NCBI GenBank assembly: GCA_051652765.1
Contig: JBOFUV010000112.1
Location: forward strand, 1-64,000
Length of the DNA: 64,000 nucleotides
Source: Microcoleaceae cyanobacterium
GTDB taxonomy: Bacteria > Cyanobacteriota > Cyanobacteriia > Cyanobacteriales > Microcoleaceae
Direction of reading: 5' to 3'
Under the pieces are notes generated by a model. It was not told the DNA's origin and ran no database searches. It saw only the letters and a program-made list of their open reading frames with translations. This document shows, piece after piece, positions 62,084-64,000 of this stretch. Every line of letters starts with the position of its first letter. The first letter of the stretch is position 1. The position numbers and the translations under genes are program-made.

Positions 62084-62693
62084 CAATTTTTTCCGCAAAT
62101 TGAGCAAACTTTGCTTTCGTATCTTTGGCAAATTCTGCTCCAGTCCAACCGGTCGGAAGCCAAACCAGCGCACGCCCCATATCCATCACAACCTTGAGCG
62201 TGGGTTCAGTCTGATGATCTGAAGGAATAGACACAGGTGTAAAAGTGATACCTCGGCTCCCAAACACAATTGTTGCGATCACCTTTGATCGCCGCATGTG
62301 GAAGTCAGAGGTAACCAGATAAACATGCCGAACCTTCATCTCTCTGAACCTGTCTACCATCGTGGTAAAATTCTCAATGGTGTCAATTGCCTGATAGTCA
62401 AGCGTTACTCGATTCAGGTCAACCCCTTCAGACTCAAAGATTTCCTGAGCATATTGCTCTAAGACTCCAGACGAAATCCAAATGTCTAGGTCAGGGTGAG
62501 ACTGGGCAAACTCAGCCGTGAACTGCTCTCGCTCTGGCCCTCCTCCCAATGTGAAAATCACTTGGGGTTGGGGTGTCAGAACATGGGCAATCACCAGTCG
62601 AACTGGAATAAAACTAATAAACATTACAATGGCGGTAGCGCAAACCCAGGCAAAAAAGCGGCACCTTCGGAACGTTCTTAAAAACAGGTTCAT
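61986..62693 (-). CDS. YdcF/DUF218 family protein
   Basis: TLGGGPERE, AIDTIENF, LVTSDFHMRRS. The 3' end overlaps wcaF by 98 nt. Confidence 0.88.
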   Translation of the reverse strand: MNLFLRTFRRCRFFAWVCATAIVMFISFIPVRLVIAHVLTPQPQVIFTLGGGPEREQFTAEFAQSHPDLDIWISSGVLEQYAQEIFESEGVDLNRVTLDYQAIDTIENFTTMVDRFREMKVRHVYLVTSDFHMRRSKVIATIVFGSRGITFTPVSIPSDHQTEPTLKVVMDMGRALVWLPTGWTGAEFAKDTKAKFAQFAEKIDAFKQLYDWSLQSRRSPNSTNSVVLYRRSADS

Positions 62694-62896
62694 AGATCCA
62701 GCCGATTTGTTGCCATTCTAGCCTAACCCTAGATTCACAAAGGAGAGGGTTTATTAAAGATTGCCGACTTCAATGTAAAGACTCTGTAAATTTGATTGAC
62801 CCAAACTCCGAAAATACCCAGCATTCTTGATTTACAAAACCTAATTCATTTCTGAGTTAAACTCCCAAGTTCTGAGTTAAACTCCCAAGTTCTAAG

Positions 62897-63697
62897 TTAA
62901 GCTCCCTCTAGGGCCACCAACAAACACAACATTAGAGTCTCTGTCCATTCCACAACAGCACCATAGGTATCTCCTGTATGTCCGCCCAACCGATGATTGA
63001 ACCAAGCGCCGGAGAGAATAGCGATCGCACTTCCCCCTAGGGCCATTCCCACCGAAACTAGCCATCGTTCAGGATTTAGGATGACTTGCAGACCGCTCAA
63101 CCCCATCAACAGGAACATTCCGGGCAGCAGATCAACTGCAGAATAAGTAGAATTCTTGTGAAATGCTCCCTTACCTTCAGCCTTGAGATAAGGGTAGCGA
63201 GTAATCGCCACCAACTGTCCCCAACGTCCCCACCCAGCAACGGCCATCAGGGCGAGCCAACGGCCTTCATTCAAGTCCGTAAGGGCTGCTGTTTTCAAGA
63301 GCAGAATCGCAATAGCAGCCATTGCCCCAAAGGCCCCGGTCAGACTGTCTGCCATCACTTCAAGCCGCCTGTGGGGATCAGTCACAGCCAAACCGTCGGC
63401 TGTGTCCATGGCCCCATCCAGATGAAGGCCCCCCGTAATTCCAATTCCACCCATGACAATCAGGGCTGAACGGGTGAACAAGGGGCAACCCAGAAGAGAG
63501 AGACCGAGATCAATCACCCCCAGAATTCCCCCAATCATTAACCCAATGAGCGGAGCAAGACGGGCAATCCCCCGAAATTCTAACGTCCAGGTTGAAGGCA
63601 CAGGCAAACACGTATAAAACGCGATCGCTGCTGCAAAGGCACTGCCTTGCTGTTTTAAGAACTGTTGGAGAGTTTGAATTGTTCTGTCATCTGCCAT
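62897..63697 (-). CDS. cobS: Adenosylcobinamide-GDP ribazoletransferase (cobalamin synthase)
   Basis: [38 protein letters not shown] at 63697. Confidence 0.96.
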   Translation of the reverse strand: MADDRTIQTLQQFLKQQGSAFAAAIAFYTCLPVPSTWTLEFRGIARLAPLIGLMIGGILGVIDLGLSLLGCPLFTRSALIVMGGIGITGGLHLDGAMDTADGLAVTDPHRRLEVMADSLTGAFGAMAAIAILLLKTAALTDLNEGRWLALMAVAGWGRWGQLVAITRYPYLKAEGKGAFHKNSTYSAVDLLPGMFLLMGLSGLQVILNPERWLVSVGMALGGSAIAILSGAWFNHRLGGHTGDTYGAVVEWTETLMLCLLVALEGA

Positions 63698-63801
63698 AGG
63701 GCTAGATTTGTCCTGCTGGACTCTCAATTACAGATAGATAGCTACAACATCGGTTGTGACATCAAGCTATAGGGAAGATTGTAGCGCTAGCCCGATCTTC
63801 T

Positions 63802-63833
63802 GTAGGTTGGGTAAAACCCAGTGAAACTCAACC
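63802..63833 (+). repeat. Degenerate GTAG-type REP element
   Basis: GTAGGTTGGGT-AAAACCCAGTGAA-ACTCAACC resembles the cyanobacterial GTAGGTTGGGT...AACCCAAC palindromic repeat. Confidence 0.55.
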
Positions 63834-64000
63834 CGCCTTTGAGAGTAGGGCTTAAGAGAGTAGGGCTTAAGAGATTGTGGCTTAAGAGTGTTGGGTCTTG
63901 CTAGGGCGGTTAGGACAGGGACATTTTTATGGGTGCCTTGTACACACAAAAAATATCCTAAACATAATGGCAACTGCCACAGCACTTGATTAAAAACCCT

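Noticed and set aside
63698..64000. Cobalamin riboswitch upstream of cobS
   Set aside because: No B12-box or other conserved elements are seen; the region contains only a REP and a 15-bp tandem repeat.

Overview
Chromosomal window from a cyanobacterium. Support: dense HIP1 octamer GCGATCGC, apcF, petF, chlM, zds, bvdR and an NtcA-type glnA promoter. The four-segment L10 stalk helix weakly suggests a filamentous Oscillatoriales-like strain. The content is mostly housekeeping: zds, moaA, rpsD, petF, bvdR, sucCD, mgdA, rplJL, speD, queF, glnA/apcF, tex, surE, chlM, alaS, mannose-1-P guanylyltransferase, recJ, uppS-cdaA-lysA, rimI, polysaccharide genes and cobS. Two genes missing from the ORF track were read by hand: an edge-truncated RTX-like/PT-linker/DUF5060 protein (<1-842) and psb35 (1498-1662). 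One accessory patch lies between chlM and alaS (~33.6-39.9 kb). It holds a GluR0-type K+ channel, a frameshifted DUF433 gene joined to a probable methyltransferase relic, an LRR-Roco gene truncated by a MITE, a PEP-CTERM GDSL hydrolase, EamA and pirin/HxlR. Most notable observations: (1) SucD lacks the phospho-accepting His and its partner Glu while SucC keeps its ATP-grasp motifs; (2) a 69-bp LRR array with a near-invariant scaffold and four hypervariable codons per repeat; (3) a 33-bp duplication giving L10 four L12-dimer binding segments. No CRISPR array, rRNA, tRNA, intact transposase or prophage was found. I cannot demonstrate a complete new system. All family calls come from motif recognition, not database searches.
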